A stretch of DNA of 64,000 nt from a virus, in the IMG/VR virus record IMGVR_UViG_3300036980_001087, positions 1 to 64,000 of that record. One strand, written 5' to 3'. Below, in pieces: positions 9,547 to 18,439 of the stretch. Under the pieces are notes generated by a model. That model did no database searches, was not told the DNA's origin, and was given only the letters and a program-made list of their open reading frames with translations. The first letter of the stretch is position 1. Each line of letters begins with the position of its first letter. Both the position numbers and the translations under genes were made by a program.

Positions 9547-10110
9547 ATGTCAAGACTTTTAGCCCTAGATCAATCATCCAGCCACACCGGATACTGTTTA
9601 ATAGTAGATGGGAAGATAACAGAAGTGGGATGTATAAATGTTAGAGCCTCTTTGGATTTATTTGAGCGTACAGTGGAAATGAGTAAAGATATTAGAGAAC
9701 TTTTAAATAAGTTTAAGCCCGACTATCTATGTTTAGAAGAAATATACGGTCTTCCCGGTCGCTATACGGCCCTTAAAGCCCTTGCTATAGTGCGCGGTGC
9801 TCTTATTTTAGTGTGGTATGAATACAAACATGAAGCGCCTATTGTTATGAATTGTTCTTCGGCTAGATGTAAAATAGGCATAAAGGGCAATGCTAAGAAG
9901 CCTGAGGTTATGGCTGCCGTGAATGCTAAGTTTAATCTTAAGATTGAGAATGAGCATGAGGCCGATGCAGTGGTATTGGGGGTAGTAGGCAATGATATGC
10001 TCCCAGCTAAAGAGCCTGAAATAGAAGTAACTGCTACTACAGTTAAAGTTAGAAGTAAGGGGACTAAAGTGGGAAAACTTAGTAAAGGTGGAAAGAAGGG
10101 GAAGAAGTAA
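9547..10110 (+). CDS. ruvC: RuvC-like Holliday junction resolvase
   Basis: LALDQSSSHTG, LEE, GNAKKPEV, EHEADA. Confidence 0.88.
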   Translation: MSRLLALDQSSSHTGYCLIVDGKITEVGCINVRASLDLFERTVEMSKDIRELLNKFKPDYLCLEEIYGLPGRYTALKALAIVRGALILVWYEYKHEAPIVMNCSSARCKIGIKGNAKKPEVMAAVNAKFNLKIENEHEADAVVLGVVGNDMLPAKEPEIEVTATTVKVRSKGTKVGKLSKGGKKGKK

Positions 10111-11618
10111 TGAAATTTAAATCGTTACATCTTGAGGGGTTCCAGTCCTATGATAAGGCGGATATCCTTTTTACCGACTTCAAGATCACCTTTATTACCG
10201 GACTAAACCAAGATACTGGAAGTAGTAATGGTGCTGGAAAAAGTGGAATAAAAGAGGCCTTATTCTATTTATTATTTGGAAGATCTAAGGTTAAAGGTCC
10301 AGATTTGATTAGACGTGGACAAAAAGTACTTAAGGTCTCTGGACAAATTGAGCACAATTCCTATGTACTTGATATTACCAGAACACGAAAAGCCCAAACT
10401 GCTACTTTAGAACTAGTAATTAATGGAGTACCAAGTATAGGGACAGCCTCCGAGTTACAAACTAAAATTGAACAGTTACTTGGTATTGATATTGATTCCT
10501 TTACTACCTATTCCGTAATTGATAAGGTGAGGCAAACAGACTTAACTCAATTATCTTCTACGGATTTACGAATGGTACTCCAAGACTTATTAGGGTTAAA
10601 TAAGTTACAGGATGTTTTATCTTCCTTAAATGCACATAAAAATGATCTTGAGAAGTACCTCTTACGGGCACATACTAGATTCTACCCTTCAGAGAAAAGG
10701 CTCAATGCATTAAAAGATTACCAAACATTATTACAGGAAAAACGAGATGGGTTTGGTACAAAAGTACTTGATGCTTCTAGTCAAAAGAATGCATTACAGC
10801 ATGATATTGAAGCATTAGAATTAAAAAATAGAGAGTTGACATGTGATAAAAATAATTTATTAAAAGTTGCAGAATGCCCAACATGTGGTGCACCTATTTC
10901 CATAGATAAGCGTATGGCAAAATTAAATATTGTTGAGGCAGAGATTGCAGGTAATCAGGGCACTATAGAAAAATTGAAAGGGGACATTACTCCTCTTACA
11001 TCAAAAATTACAGAGTATTTAAATATAAATACTAATCTTGGAGTACGGATTACGAGGTGTATAACTAGAATTGCCCAACTAACAGAAAGCATGAAAGAGC
11101 AACAAGATATTAATGTAGTTAAAGTAGAGCAAGAAACTTATGTTACGGCCCTAATTGTGCTTCAAAATTATATTACGTCTGTATTAGCAGATGTGGCTTT
11201 GAAGATTGAGGACCAGATGAACCTAGAACTTTCTAGATTTAGTGATCTATTTTGTAAGATTAATCTTTCTAAGACCAAACTTGATGGGCAAATAATACCA
11301 AACTGCTCTATTACTTTATATCGGGATCAATATGAATATACTTTTGATATGCTTTCTTCGGGTGAGCAGGCCTTAGTTTCTCTGATATTTAAACTTGTGA
11401 TAAGTAACCTTCGTGGTAATGTATCTATGTTGTTTGTAGATGAGGGCCTAGACGCATTAGATGAGGTGAATAGGGAACGCATTTTATCCCTATTAGAGAT
11501 TAGCCCCTATACTCAGATATTTATCATTAGCCATAGAGAAGATTCAAATCATATTAAAGCAGGGCAGAAGATACTATTAAGAAAGACTGATGGAATTACA
11601 CAAGTAATAAGCATATAA
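10110..11618 (+). CDS. sbcC: SbcC/Rad50-like ATPase
   Basis: Walker A NGAGKS, coiled coil with CPTC zinc hook, LSSGE signature, FVDE, ISH. Confidence 0.92.
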   Translation: MKFKSLHLEGFQSYDKADILFTDFKITFITGLNQDTGSSNGAGKSGIKEALFYLLFGRSKVKGPDLIRRGQKVLKVSGQIEHNSYVLDITRTRKAQTATLELVINGVPSIGTASELQTKIEQLLGIDIDSFTTYSVIDKVRQTDLTQLSSTDLRMVLQDLLGLNKLQDVLSSLNAHKNDLEKYLLRAHTRFYPSEKRLNALKDYQTLLQEKRDGFGTKVLDASSQKNALQHDIEALELKNRELTCDKNNLLKVAECPTCGAPISIDKRMAKLNIVEAEIAGNQGTIEKLKGDITPLTSKITEYLNINTNLGVRITRCITRIAQLTESMKEQQDINVVKVEQETYVTALIVLQNYITSVLADVALKIEDQMNLELSRFSDLFCKINLSKTKLDGQIIPNCSITLYRDQYEYTFDMLSSGEQALVSLIFKLVISNLRGNVSMLFVDEGLDALDEVNRERILSLLEISPYTQIFIISHREDSNHIKAGQKILLRKTDGITQVISI

Positions 11619-12295
11619 TGAATAAAAATAAAGTAATCCCTAATTATCGGAAACTAGTCTATAAATTAAGATGGAGCCCGGAGCTTGAAGTTGAATTTCC
11701 AGCTAAAACGGATATTGATAAATTACATAGTCGGTATGATAAATTTTTAGGAGATTGGAAAGTTACAACTGATGGTAGCTTAGACAATGGGCTTGAATTT
11801 AAACCAAAAGACTCCCATAAACTTTATTTTAAAGACGAAACATTTGAGGAGATAAGGGAAATCTTACATTTAATTAAGGGGCATAAAGGTAAAGTCACTA
11901 AAACCTGTGGCCTACATATACATGTAGATATGTCCTCATTAAATGATGCCCAGGTGGCAATGATCGTGAGGGAGTTTATACATAAGCAAACATTTATAAT
12001 TAAAAAATTTAAAGTAAGAAAAGAACGACTTGAAGATATGTGTAAATTATTGCCACGTAATGGCTTATCTAAAATAACGCCTAAAACTATAAATTTAATT
12101 AGAACTACTGACTCTTGGTCATTGCCTTCCTATCCGTCCTTCCAGGATAAGCACCATGCTTTAAATATTCTAAATCTTCGGAATTATGGCACACTAGAAT
12201 TTAGATTATTTGAGCCCACTACGGATGTTAGAGAAATTAAAAAAATAATAAAATGGCTATTTGAGTTTCTAATAGACAGTTTGGAGCGGGAATAA
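11618..12295 (+). CDS. Putative amidoligase (COOH-NH2 ligase type 2)
   Basis: ELEVE, DGSL, LEF, CGLHIHV, TLEFRLF. Confidence 0.85.
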   Translation: MNKNKVIPNYRKLVYKLRWSPELEVEFPAKTDIDKLHSRYDKFLGDWKVTTDGSLDNGLEFKPKDSHKLYFKDETFEEIREILHLIKGHKGKVTKTCGLHIHVDMSSLNDAQVAMIVREFIHKQTFIIKKFKVRKERLEDMCKLLPRNGLSKITPKTINLIRTTDSWSLPSYPSFQDKHHALNILNLRNYGTLEFRLFEPTTDVREIKKIIKWLFEFLIDSLERE

Positions 12296-12672
12296 TGAAA
12301 AAGAGTAAATGTTTAAATCGTAATAAGCCTATTTATTTCTATAGTATACGATGTAGTTCTTGTGAAATGAAAAGAAGAATTACATTAGGGATTATTAATC
12401 AAAAAGGCGCAAATAATTCTATGTTTGGTAAACATTTTTCTAAAGAAACAAAACTTAAAATGTCTTTAAAAAAGAAGGGAATAAAAACTGGCAATAACAT
12501 GTGTAAGCATCATTTAGATTTGAATACAAAAAATAATAAAGAAGACAATATACTTATTTTAACTAATTCTAAACATCAATTATTTCATAGGTTGGCCTAC
12601 CATTATTTATTAAAAACCTTCGGAATTAAAGAAATACAAAAATACAAAAAGTGGTTTATTAAAAGAACTTGA
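12295..12672 (+). CDS. HNH homing endonuclease with NUMOD3
   Basis: MFGKHFSKETK; HHLD..TKNN...N...H...H. Confidence 0.8.
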   Translation: MKKSKCLNRNKPIYFYSIRCSSCEMKRRITLGIINQKGANNSMFGKHFSKETKLKMSLKKKGIKTGNNMCKHHLDLNTKNNKEDNILILTNSKHQLFHRLAYHYLLKTFGIKEIQKYKKWFIKRT

Positions 12673-12681
12673 ACGAGAATA

Positions 12682-12694
12682 GGTATATAATATA
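12682..12694 (+). promoter_or_regulatory. GGTATATAATATA motif, copy 2
   Basis: Exact intergenic repeat of the 4280 motif. Confidence 0.65.
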
Positions 12695-12703
12695 AGGTGG
12701 GGG

Positions 12704-12910
12704 ATGCTTTACGAGCCTCATAGTGAGTTTATTTATTGTGATAAATGTAAGAAGTGGTATAACATAAGGACTGGTACTTATTTACCAGAGGGCTCTGAGA
12801 ATGAGGGCCCCATCAATTGTTTAGCAGAAGATCACGTTGTAGGCTATACCTGGGAAATACCAGAAATATATCTTCCAGGATATAAGCCACAGAAACACCA
12901 AGCGGAGTAG
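12704..12910 (+). CDS. Hypothetical protein with CxxC
   Basis: SD GGTGGGG; follows the promoter-like motif. Confidence 0.55.
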   Translation: MLYEPHSEFIYCDKCKKWYNIRTGTYLPEGSENEGPINCLAEDHVVGYTWEIPEIYLPGYKPQKHQAE

Positions 12911-12919
12911 GAGGAAGGC

Positions 12920-13075
12920 ATGCTAGCTAAATTAATACTTCAATATGCGGCTACATTATGTTTTGTAGGGCTTACCATTGTGGGAATAGTGGAAAAGGAC
13001 TGGAATTATGGAGTTGGCGTAAATCTAGGCCTAGTATTGTTATACATATTCCTTTACTTTTCTCCAATAAAATGA
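12920..13075 (+). CDS. Small membrane protein (51 aa, not in ORF track)
   Basis: AGGAGG SD; MLAKLILQYAATLCFVGLTIVG...GVNLGLVLLYIFLYF, two hydrophobic segments. Confidence 0.6.
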   Translation: MLAKLILQYAATLCFVGLTIVGIVEKDWNYGVGVNLGLVLLYIFLYFSPIK

Positions 13076-13338
13076 TTTTTATACTAGAGCTGGGATTAGC
13101 GGTAGTGGGGATGTTTGGAATATTAGTAATGATGTTATTATTAAATATCTTTGGCTTTATTGGCTTTGTTATGCTAATAGATCCTAAAGATGATGGGGAT
13201 AAAACTTATAATATGCTAAACGCGGTCTCTAAACAAAAAACAACAATAATGATCTTGTTGTTTTTTCCTATTGGTTTTTTGCTACTAATACGTCAACGGA
13301 GAATAGAAGCATGGAACAATTATTTAAACACCTTATAA
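13072..13338 (+). CDS. Membrane protein
   Basis: Start reassigned to ATGA overlap at 13072; two hydrophobic segments. Confidence 0.55.
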   Translation: MIFILELGLAVVGMFGILVMMLLLNIFGFIGFVMLIDPKDDGDKTYNMLNAVSKQKTTIMILLFFPIGFLLLIRQRRIEAWNNYLNTL

Positions 13339-13754
13339 ATTTAGAGGCCCTTAGGGCTGTAGATGACGTGCGTTATGGCTGGATCCGTAAATATAGGCAC
13401 ATTAGGAATATGTTTATGGAAGTAAAATGGTTTATTCAAAGAGGAAAAAGAGGATACGCTGATTGTGATATTTGGGGATTTGACACTTATTTGGCTAGAG
13501 TTATTAGTGAAGGATGTAAGCAATTAAAGGATAGTGCACATAGTGCTCCTACTAGACTTAGTGGGCATTTGGCTGCCACCCAAAGTGATATTGCTATAAA
13601 GAGATGGAGTAGGATATTAGAGAAAATTAGTAGAGGCTTTATTCTATTGAATATGTGGGAAGATAATGGTAGAATGCCTACTGATGCAGAAAAAAGAGAA
13701 ATTGCAAAAGGCTGGTTTTTATTTAAGAAGTATTTTAGTGATCTATGGGATTAA
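13311..13754 (+). CDS. Conserved-looking hypothetical phage protein
   Basis: QRGKRGYADCDIW...LFKKYFSDLWD pattern that recurs in phage proteins. Confidence 0.6.
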   Translation: MEQLFKHLINLEALRAVDDVRYGWIRKYRHIRNMFMEVKWFIQRGKRGYADCDIWGFDTYLARVISEGCKQLKDSAHSAPTRLSGHLAATQSDIAIKRWSRILEKISRGFILLNMWEDNGRMPTDAEKREIAKGWFLFKKYFSDLWD

Positions 13755-13766
13755 CAACGAGGGCAT

Positions 13767-13979
13767 ATGACTACACGAGACAAAAGAATAGCAGAGAATA
13801 GAAAAACTTTAAAAGAGATAGGTAAAATTTGGGATAAGATTCCTGAACTTAGATTTGGACAATTACTTTATAATTGCATGCGGGAATCTGAGGTCTATTA
13901 TATCTCTAATGATAAGCTATTAAAGAGGTTACAAACAATATACACTTTACTGGCAAAGAAACCGCTTAAGAAGAAGTAA
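13767..13979 (+). CDS. Hypothetical phage protein
   Basis: W...PELRFGQL motif; SD GAGG. Confidence 0.6.
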   Translation: MTTRDKRIAENRKTLKEIGKIWDKIPELRFGQLLYNCMRESEVYYISNDKLLKRLQTIYTLLAKKPLKKK

Positions 13980-13983
13980 GTTT

Positions 13984-13996
13984 GGTATATAATATA
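13984..13996 (+). promoter_or_regulatory. GGTATATAATATA motif, copy 3
   Basis: Exact intergenic repeat, followed by GGAGG. Confidence 0.65.
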
Positions 13997-14010
13997 TAGT
14001 GGAGGATGAA

Positions 14011-14349
14011 ATGAAATGTGAATTAGTTAAAGCAAATACAGGATATAATGGCCTTTCAATCTCAGAAGAGGCCTGTAAATTAGCAGTTGAGAAGTTTACT
14101 GCCCCAGTTCCTATTTATTTTGCTGGAACTAAATTAGTGATGGGCCATATAACTTCAGTAGAATATAACGCTGAAACAAAATCTATTTTTGGAGAAGTTG
14201 ATTTAGAGGTAGTAGTAATGGCTGGTGTTGAAGGTACCCAGTCATTAGATTGCCCTGATGGTAAATTAATCGTAGCAGGAGAAATTAAACAAGGAGTCTT
14301 AGCACCTAAGTCTATAATGCCAGGAGGAAAAGATGGAATGGCCAAATAA
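14011..14349 (+). CDS. Hypothetical protein
   Basis: GGAGG SD before ATG 14011. Confidence 0.55.
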   Translation: MKCELVKANTGYNGLSISEEACKLAVEKFTAPVPIYFAGTKLVMGHITSVEYNAETKSIFGEVDLEVVVMAGVEGTQSLDCPDGKLIVAGEIKQGVLAPKSIMPGGKDGMAK

Positions 14350-15493
14350 AGAAACTGATATCCTTAAAAAATTACTTGAAGATGGAAAGACCTTAGCTGA
14401 ATGTGCCGAGATCATGGGACGTTCCTATAATAGTATTGAACACAAGGCGCGTGTATTGAAATTTACCCGGCCTAAGGAAGACACCAAGGAAACTAAGCCT
14501 TTGGACTTTTCTGATGGTAAGTTAAAACCAGCACAGAAGCAAGAGCTTTTAGAGACATTCTCTCCTGTAATTATAGATACCCTTAAAACAAATATCTTTA
14601 CTAAAAGGCCATATATTCAATTAAAACATGGCCTATATGAAGAAGAGGCAGTATTGGTTTTATCGGATATGCATACAGGAATGATTAATGAGATCTATGA
14701 TCCTAATAGTCAAAGTAAAGTTATAACCTATAATGAAGAAATTAGGCAGAAAGAATTAACGTATTTACGGGACTCTATGTTTGAAATCCAGACTATTCTC
14801 TCTAAATCCTATAATTTACGTAAGCTGCATATCCTAATATTAGGAGACATGATCACTAATGATCGTATATTTGATGGACAAAAATTTGAAATTGATCGTC
14901 CTTATGGCAAACAGGTGTGGGATACGGTAAGAGACCTTACCTATTTTGTAAATCAAATGACTACTCGCTTTCCTAAGGTGCATGTAATTGGCATTGTTGG
15001 AAACCACGGTAGATCAAATGAAAAGTATTCCGAAGAGCCGGTAGAGAATAACTTTGAGTGGACGCTATACAGGATAATGCAAGAGGCCCTAAAGAAGAAC
15101 CCTAATGTAGAAATGGAAGTACCAGATACTCGCTTCTATTCTACCCAGATATTTGGACATCGTTATTATATGCACCATGGAGATAATCTAAGGGGCTTTT
15201 CTAAAACGGCAGTTGAACGGGGAGCAAGAGATTTATTGACCACCTTAATCCCCGATCTTCCTAGTGGTTTTGATGTTTATTTAATGGGACATTTACATTC
15301 TGCGGAGAAGATGGACTTGAATGAGCGATCTACAATGATAGTTAATGGGAGCTTTATCCCTAGAGATCAATATGGGTATAAGATGTTTAGAAGGTACTCT
15401 AAGCCCCAGCAGTGGTTCTTTGGTGTTGGAAAAAGTCGGCCAATAACCTGGTCTTATGCTTTAGACCTTAAAGGAACCGAAAGGACAAAATAA
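14333..15493 (+). CDS. Calcineurin-like metallophosphoesterase with N-terminal HTH
   Basis: SDMH, GDMI, GNHG, HHGD, GHLH; N-terminal KTLAECAEIMGRSYNSI HTH. Confidence 0.85.
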   Translation: MEWPNKETDILKKLLEDGKTLAECAEIMGRSYNSIEHKARVLKFTRPKEDTKETKPLDFSDGKLKPAQKQELLETFSPVIIDTLKTNIFTKRPYIQLKHGLYEEEAVLVLSDMHTGMINEIYDPNSQSKVITYNEEIRQKELTYLRDSMFEIQTILSKSYNLRKLHILILGDMITNDRIFDGQKFEIDRPYGKQVWDTVRDLTYFVNQMTTRFPKVHVIGIVGNHGRSNEKYSEEPVENNFEWTLYRIMQEALKKNPNVEMEVPDTRFYSTQIFGHRYYMHHGDNLRGFSKTAVERGARDLLTTLIPDLPSGFDVYLMGHLHSAEKMDLNERSTMIVNGSFIPRDQYGYKMFRRYSKPQQWFFGVGKSRPITWSYALDLKGTERTK

Positions 15494-16188
15494 TGAATAA
15501 GCAAGAAATAGCACAGGTAATAGATCATACTAACCTTAAGCCTGATTTAAATCGTAAAGGAATTATAACTTTACTTGAAGAGGCTAAGAAGTATAATTTT
15601 AAAGCCGTTTGTGTTACACCTGCTTGGGTATATCTTGCTAAACAAAGACTTGCTGGGACAGGAATTGAAGTATCTACAGTTCCAAATTGGGCTTCCGGGG
15701 GTGGACTCGAGAGAATAAAAGGGGAATATGTTTTTGAAGAGGCGGATGCCATAGATTATATTTGGGATATTTATCAGTTTGGAGTGCTTAAAGCATATGA
15801 TAAAACAGCTAAAGAATTAGAGCAAATAAGACTAAAGACTCGTGGAGAATTAAAAATAATTATTGAGTCCACTGTTATACGTAGTATTGCCGAACATAAA
15901 AAAGAAAATTATGAGGATATAATGAAAGAAGCCTGTAACTTGGTGCAGAATTCGGGGGCCAATTGGATAAAAACAGATAGTGGCTTATTTCTTAGAGATC
16001 CTAAATTTAAGATCCAAAATTTATATGAGGATGTTAAGTTAATGAAGCAAAATTGTACTCTTCCAATTAAAGCTGCGGGAGGAATAGGCACAAAAGAAGA
16101 AGTAGTAACTTTAGTAGCATTAGGCGCATCACGTATTGGAACATCAAGAGGAGTGATGATAGTAGAAAGCATTAAGGAGACGGCATGA
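15493..16188 (+). CDS. deoC: Deoxyribose-phosphate aldolase
   Basis: IDHTNLKP, AVCV, IKTDSG (Schiff-base Lys), IKAAGGI, RIGTS. Confidence 0.9.
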   Translation: MNKQEIAQVIDHTNLKPDLNRKGIITLLEEAKKYNFKAVCVTPAWVYLAKQRLAGTGIEVSTVPNWASGGGLERIKGEYVFEEADAIDYIWDIYQFGVLKAYDKTAKELEQIRLKTRGELKIIIESTVIRSIAEHKKENYEDIMKEACNLVQNSGANWIKTDSGLFLRDPKFKIQNLYEDVKLMKQNCTLPIKAAGGIGTKEEVVTLVALGASRIGTSRGVMIVESIKETA

Positions 16189-16556
16189 TAAATCAAGTAT
16201 TAAGGGACATCTTTGGATTTGCATTAGTACTTACGGGCATACTTGATGCTTGGAAATATGCACTCCAGGCCTCAAAGATCCGTAAAGAGAAAACCGCGGG
16301 AGTATTATCTAGGCAGTTTATTAATTATGCTATCTTAAATGATATAGTTAAATTAGCATATGGCTTTATTATTTGGGATGCGTTTATTATTTCTACCTCA
16401 ATATTAGCACTTATTTGCATGTTATATTTATTTTGGACAGTTTATATTTATTATGATTATGAAACTTATCCTAGGAGATGCTATATTAAGCGGCCTAGAT
16501 TATTTACATATATAGTTAATTCAGTATTACCGAACGCTAAAAGGAAACATCTTTAA
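16185..16556 (+). CDS. PQ-loop/SemiSWEET-like 3-TM membrane protein
   Basis: LQ..KI...K.A..LS...LAYG pattern and three hydrophobic helices. Confidence 0.6.
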   Translation: MINQVLRDIFGFALVLTGILDAWKYALQASKIRKEKTAGVLSRQFINYAILNDIVKLAYGFIIWDAFIISTSILALICMLYLFWTVYIYYDYETYPRRCYIKRPRLFTYIVNSVLPNAKRKHL

Positions 16557-16566
16557 AGGAGCACCT

Positions 16567-17226
16567 ATGACTGATGATAAAGTACAGAAACAGGCCGTTG
16601 AAGAAGTACTTAAAGTGGTTGGAACACCCATTATTACTCCAGAAGCACTTCCTATTCAATTAAATAAGGAATTTAAATATGTTACTTATTTAATTGGAGC
16701 AATGCAGATAACTGCAGAGAAGGATGGGGGTGGAGAAAAGAGAGAAAATTTAGATAAAGAACTTCGTTTAAGAAATATATTTCCCATTAATCCAGTAAAA
16801 TTAGAGGCATCAAAGACGGGAATGTCTTCTGAGGAAATTACTTCAAAGATGAAGGGCTGGGTAGCCTCAGGTTGTTGGGATAAATTTGGGGAACAAGCAA
16901 TAAATATATGGAAGGGACGTGATTATGTTGAAACTACCGGAAACCTTAAACATATACCGGGGGACATTACTTATGTTACGATGTCTACCTGGATTACTTT
17001 TAGGCTTAATTCTGGTGATCAGCCTTGTGGTAGCTATATGGAATGCGGGGTTGCTATGGAACATAACATTCCAATCTATTTAATTACAGATATACCTAAA
17101 AAAGAATTAAAGCAGAGCCTCCTGCAGGCTATTTTGGTTACTCAGGGCGAAGTATTTAGAACTGAGAATGAATATCTAACGTTCATTGATAAAAAATATG
17201 ATTTAAAAAGGAAGAATGAGGCTTAA
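16567..17226 (+). CDS. Nucleoside 2-deoxyribosyltransferase / nucleotide N-glycosidase (NDT/Rcl fold)
   Basis: TYLIGAM, INP, D, GSYMECGVA...NIPIYL (catalytic Tyr and Glu positions). Confidence 0.7.
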   Translation: MTDDKVQKQAVEEVLKVVGTPIITPEALPIQLNKEFKYVTYLIGAMQITAEKDGGGEKRENLDKELRLRNIFPINPVKLEASKTGMSSEEITSKMKGWVASGCWDKFGEQAINIWKGRDYVETTGNLKHIPGDITYVTMSTWITFRLNSGDQPCGSYMECGVAMEHNIPIYLITDIPKKELKQSLLQAILVTQGEVFRTENEYLTFIDKKYDLKRKNEA

Positions 17227-17431
17227 TATCTTCTTTAAATGTAAGACCTGTACTGGAACTGGGTGGGCTGCACCAAGCATACCATGTCAAGTTTGTAAAG
17301 GTTCCGGTCAGGTACTCCATATGTTCCAAGATGTTATTAAAGTAGTAGAATTTCCAGATGGAAATGAATGTGAGGATGCTGTATTAGTTGTAAAAGAGGA
17401 GCCCCATGCACCCGACACTAATAGCAATTAG
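17216..17431 (+). CDS. DnaJ-type zinc-finger protein
   Basis: CKTCTGTG and CQVCKGSG. Confidence 0.7.
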   Translation: MRLNIFFKCKTCTGTGWAAPSIPCQVCKGSGQVLHMFQDVIKVVEFPDGNECEDAVLVVKEEPHAPDTNSN

Positions 17432-17732
17432 TTTATTTTTAGTAGGAATTCTTGAGAATTTTTTAATTTCGATTAATACTGATTTTCGTATTCAAAAAAG
17501 TAGGTGGGGGTGCTTTACTACTTCTTTTGTTATAGCTGTAACTTGGTGTTATATTGTTGGTACTGTTACTGAGAACCTCACAGTACTTTGGTTAATAGTA
17601 ATTTATTCAATAGGTTATGGAGTGGGTGACGTATTAGGTCTTCATTTTAATAAATATTTAGAGAATATAGTTAAGAAGTACAATCTAAAATTACGTAAAT
17701 TTCGTAGACATAAGTTAACAAGGAAGAAATAA
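17406..17732 (+). CDS. 3-TM membrane protein (DUF5698/UPF0316-like)
   Basis: Three hydrophobic helices; YSIGYGVGDVLG. Confidence 0.55.
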   Translation: MHPTLIAISLFLVGILENFLISINTDFRIQKSRWGCFTTSFVIAVTWCYIVGTVTENLTVLWLIVIYSIGYGVGDVLGLHFNKYLENIVKKYNLKLRKFRRHKLTRKK

Positions 17733-17884
17733 TGATAGACCATCCTTTAGTTGGTGGGGGAGATCCCGAATATTCTAAGAATTATGACCGTATATTTCGG
17801 AAGCCCCTAAAAGTTAAACTTATAGACAAATTAAATAGCTGGATTATTAAAATTTTCTTAAATGGTCGGAGGAAAGATGTATAG
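17732..17884 (+). CDS. Small hypothetical protein (50 aa, not in ORF track)
   Basis: TAATG coupling with the upstream gene; YSKNYDRIFRK. Confidence 0.5.
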   Translation: MIDHPLVGGGDPEYSKNYDRIFRKPLKVKLIDKLNSWIIKIFLNGRRKDV

Positions 17885-18209
17885 ATATAATACCTTACGA
17901 GTTGAAGCAGAGATTCCTCTTGAGCCTGGGTCTATTTTTATTCAGGCCGAAATAGTAATGGTAGACTCAAATAGGACTACTTTAAACTGTGAGACTATTA
18001 AATTAATGTTACTAAGGTACCCTAAATTAAAATCAAACACGCTTGAAAATTATGCTAGGCTATTAAGTTTGAAGGTAGCCCGCTATGCTTTTAAAGAGTA
18101 CCCCTATACGTTAACGGTAAAAGTCAAAGCCACTTATAGTGAAGATGGGACAAGTAGTGAAATGGAACTTAGCCAAGAAGATTTAGTAGTTGAACAACTA
18201 GAAAAATAG
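17877..18209 (+). CDS. Hypothetical protein, possible T-fold (QueF/FolB-like)
   Basis: GGAGG SD; beta-beta-alpha-alpha-beta-beta pattern with ETIKLMLLRY...TLENYARLL. Confidence 0.3.
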   Translation: MYRYNTLRVEAEIPLEPGSIFIQAEIVMVDSNRTTLNCETIKLMLLRYPKLKSNTLENYARLLSLKVARYAFKEYPYTLTVKVKATYSEDGTSSEMELSQEDLVVEQLEK

Positions 18210-18217
18210 GAGGATGT

Positions 18218-18439
18218 ATGGAATTAATGGGGATAGCCCGTAATTTAACTACAGCACGGCAATTGATATTTATTGGTTTTAATTTAGGTGTGGGCCTTAC
18301 AGTAGGTTATCTTGTAGTAGCATTTGTTGGCGGGCTTTTAACTTACTTTACTACTCCTAAGGTGAATGCCTCTGATGTGGATGCTTTATTTCAGGAAATG
18401 TTAAAAAAGAAAGAAGAAAAAGAAAATAAGGGAGAATAA
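18218..18439 (+). CDS. Single-pass membrane protein
   Basis: AGGAGG SD; one long hydrophobic helix and a charged tail. Confidence 0.6.
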   Translation: MELMGIARNLTTARQLIFIGFNLGVGLTVGYLVVAFVGGLLTYFTTPKVNASDVDALFQEMLKKKEEKENKGE

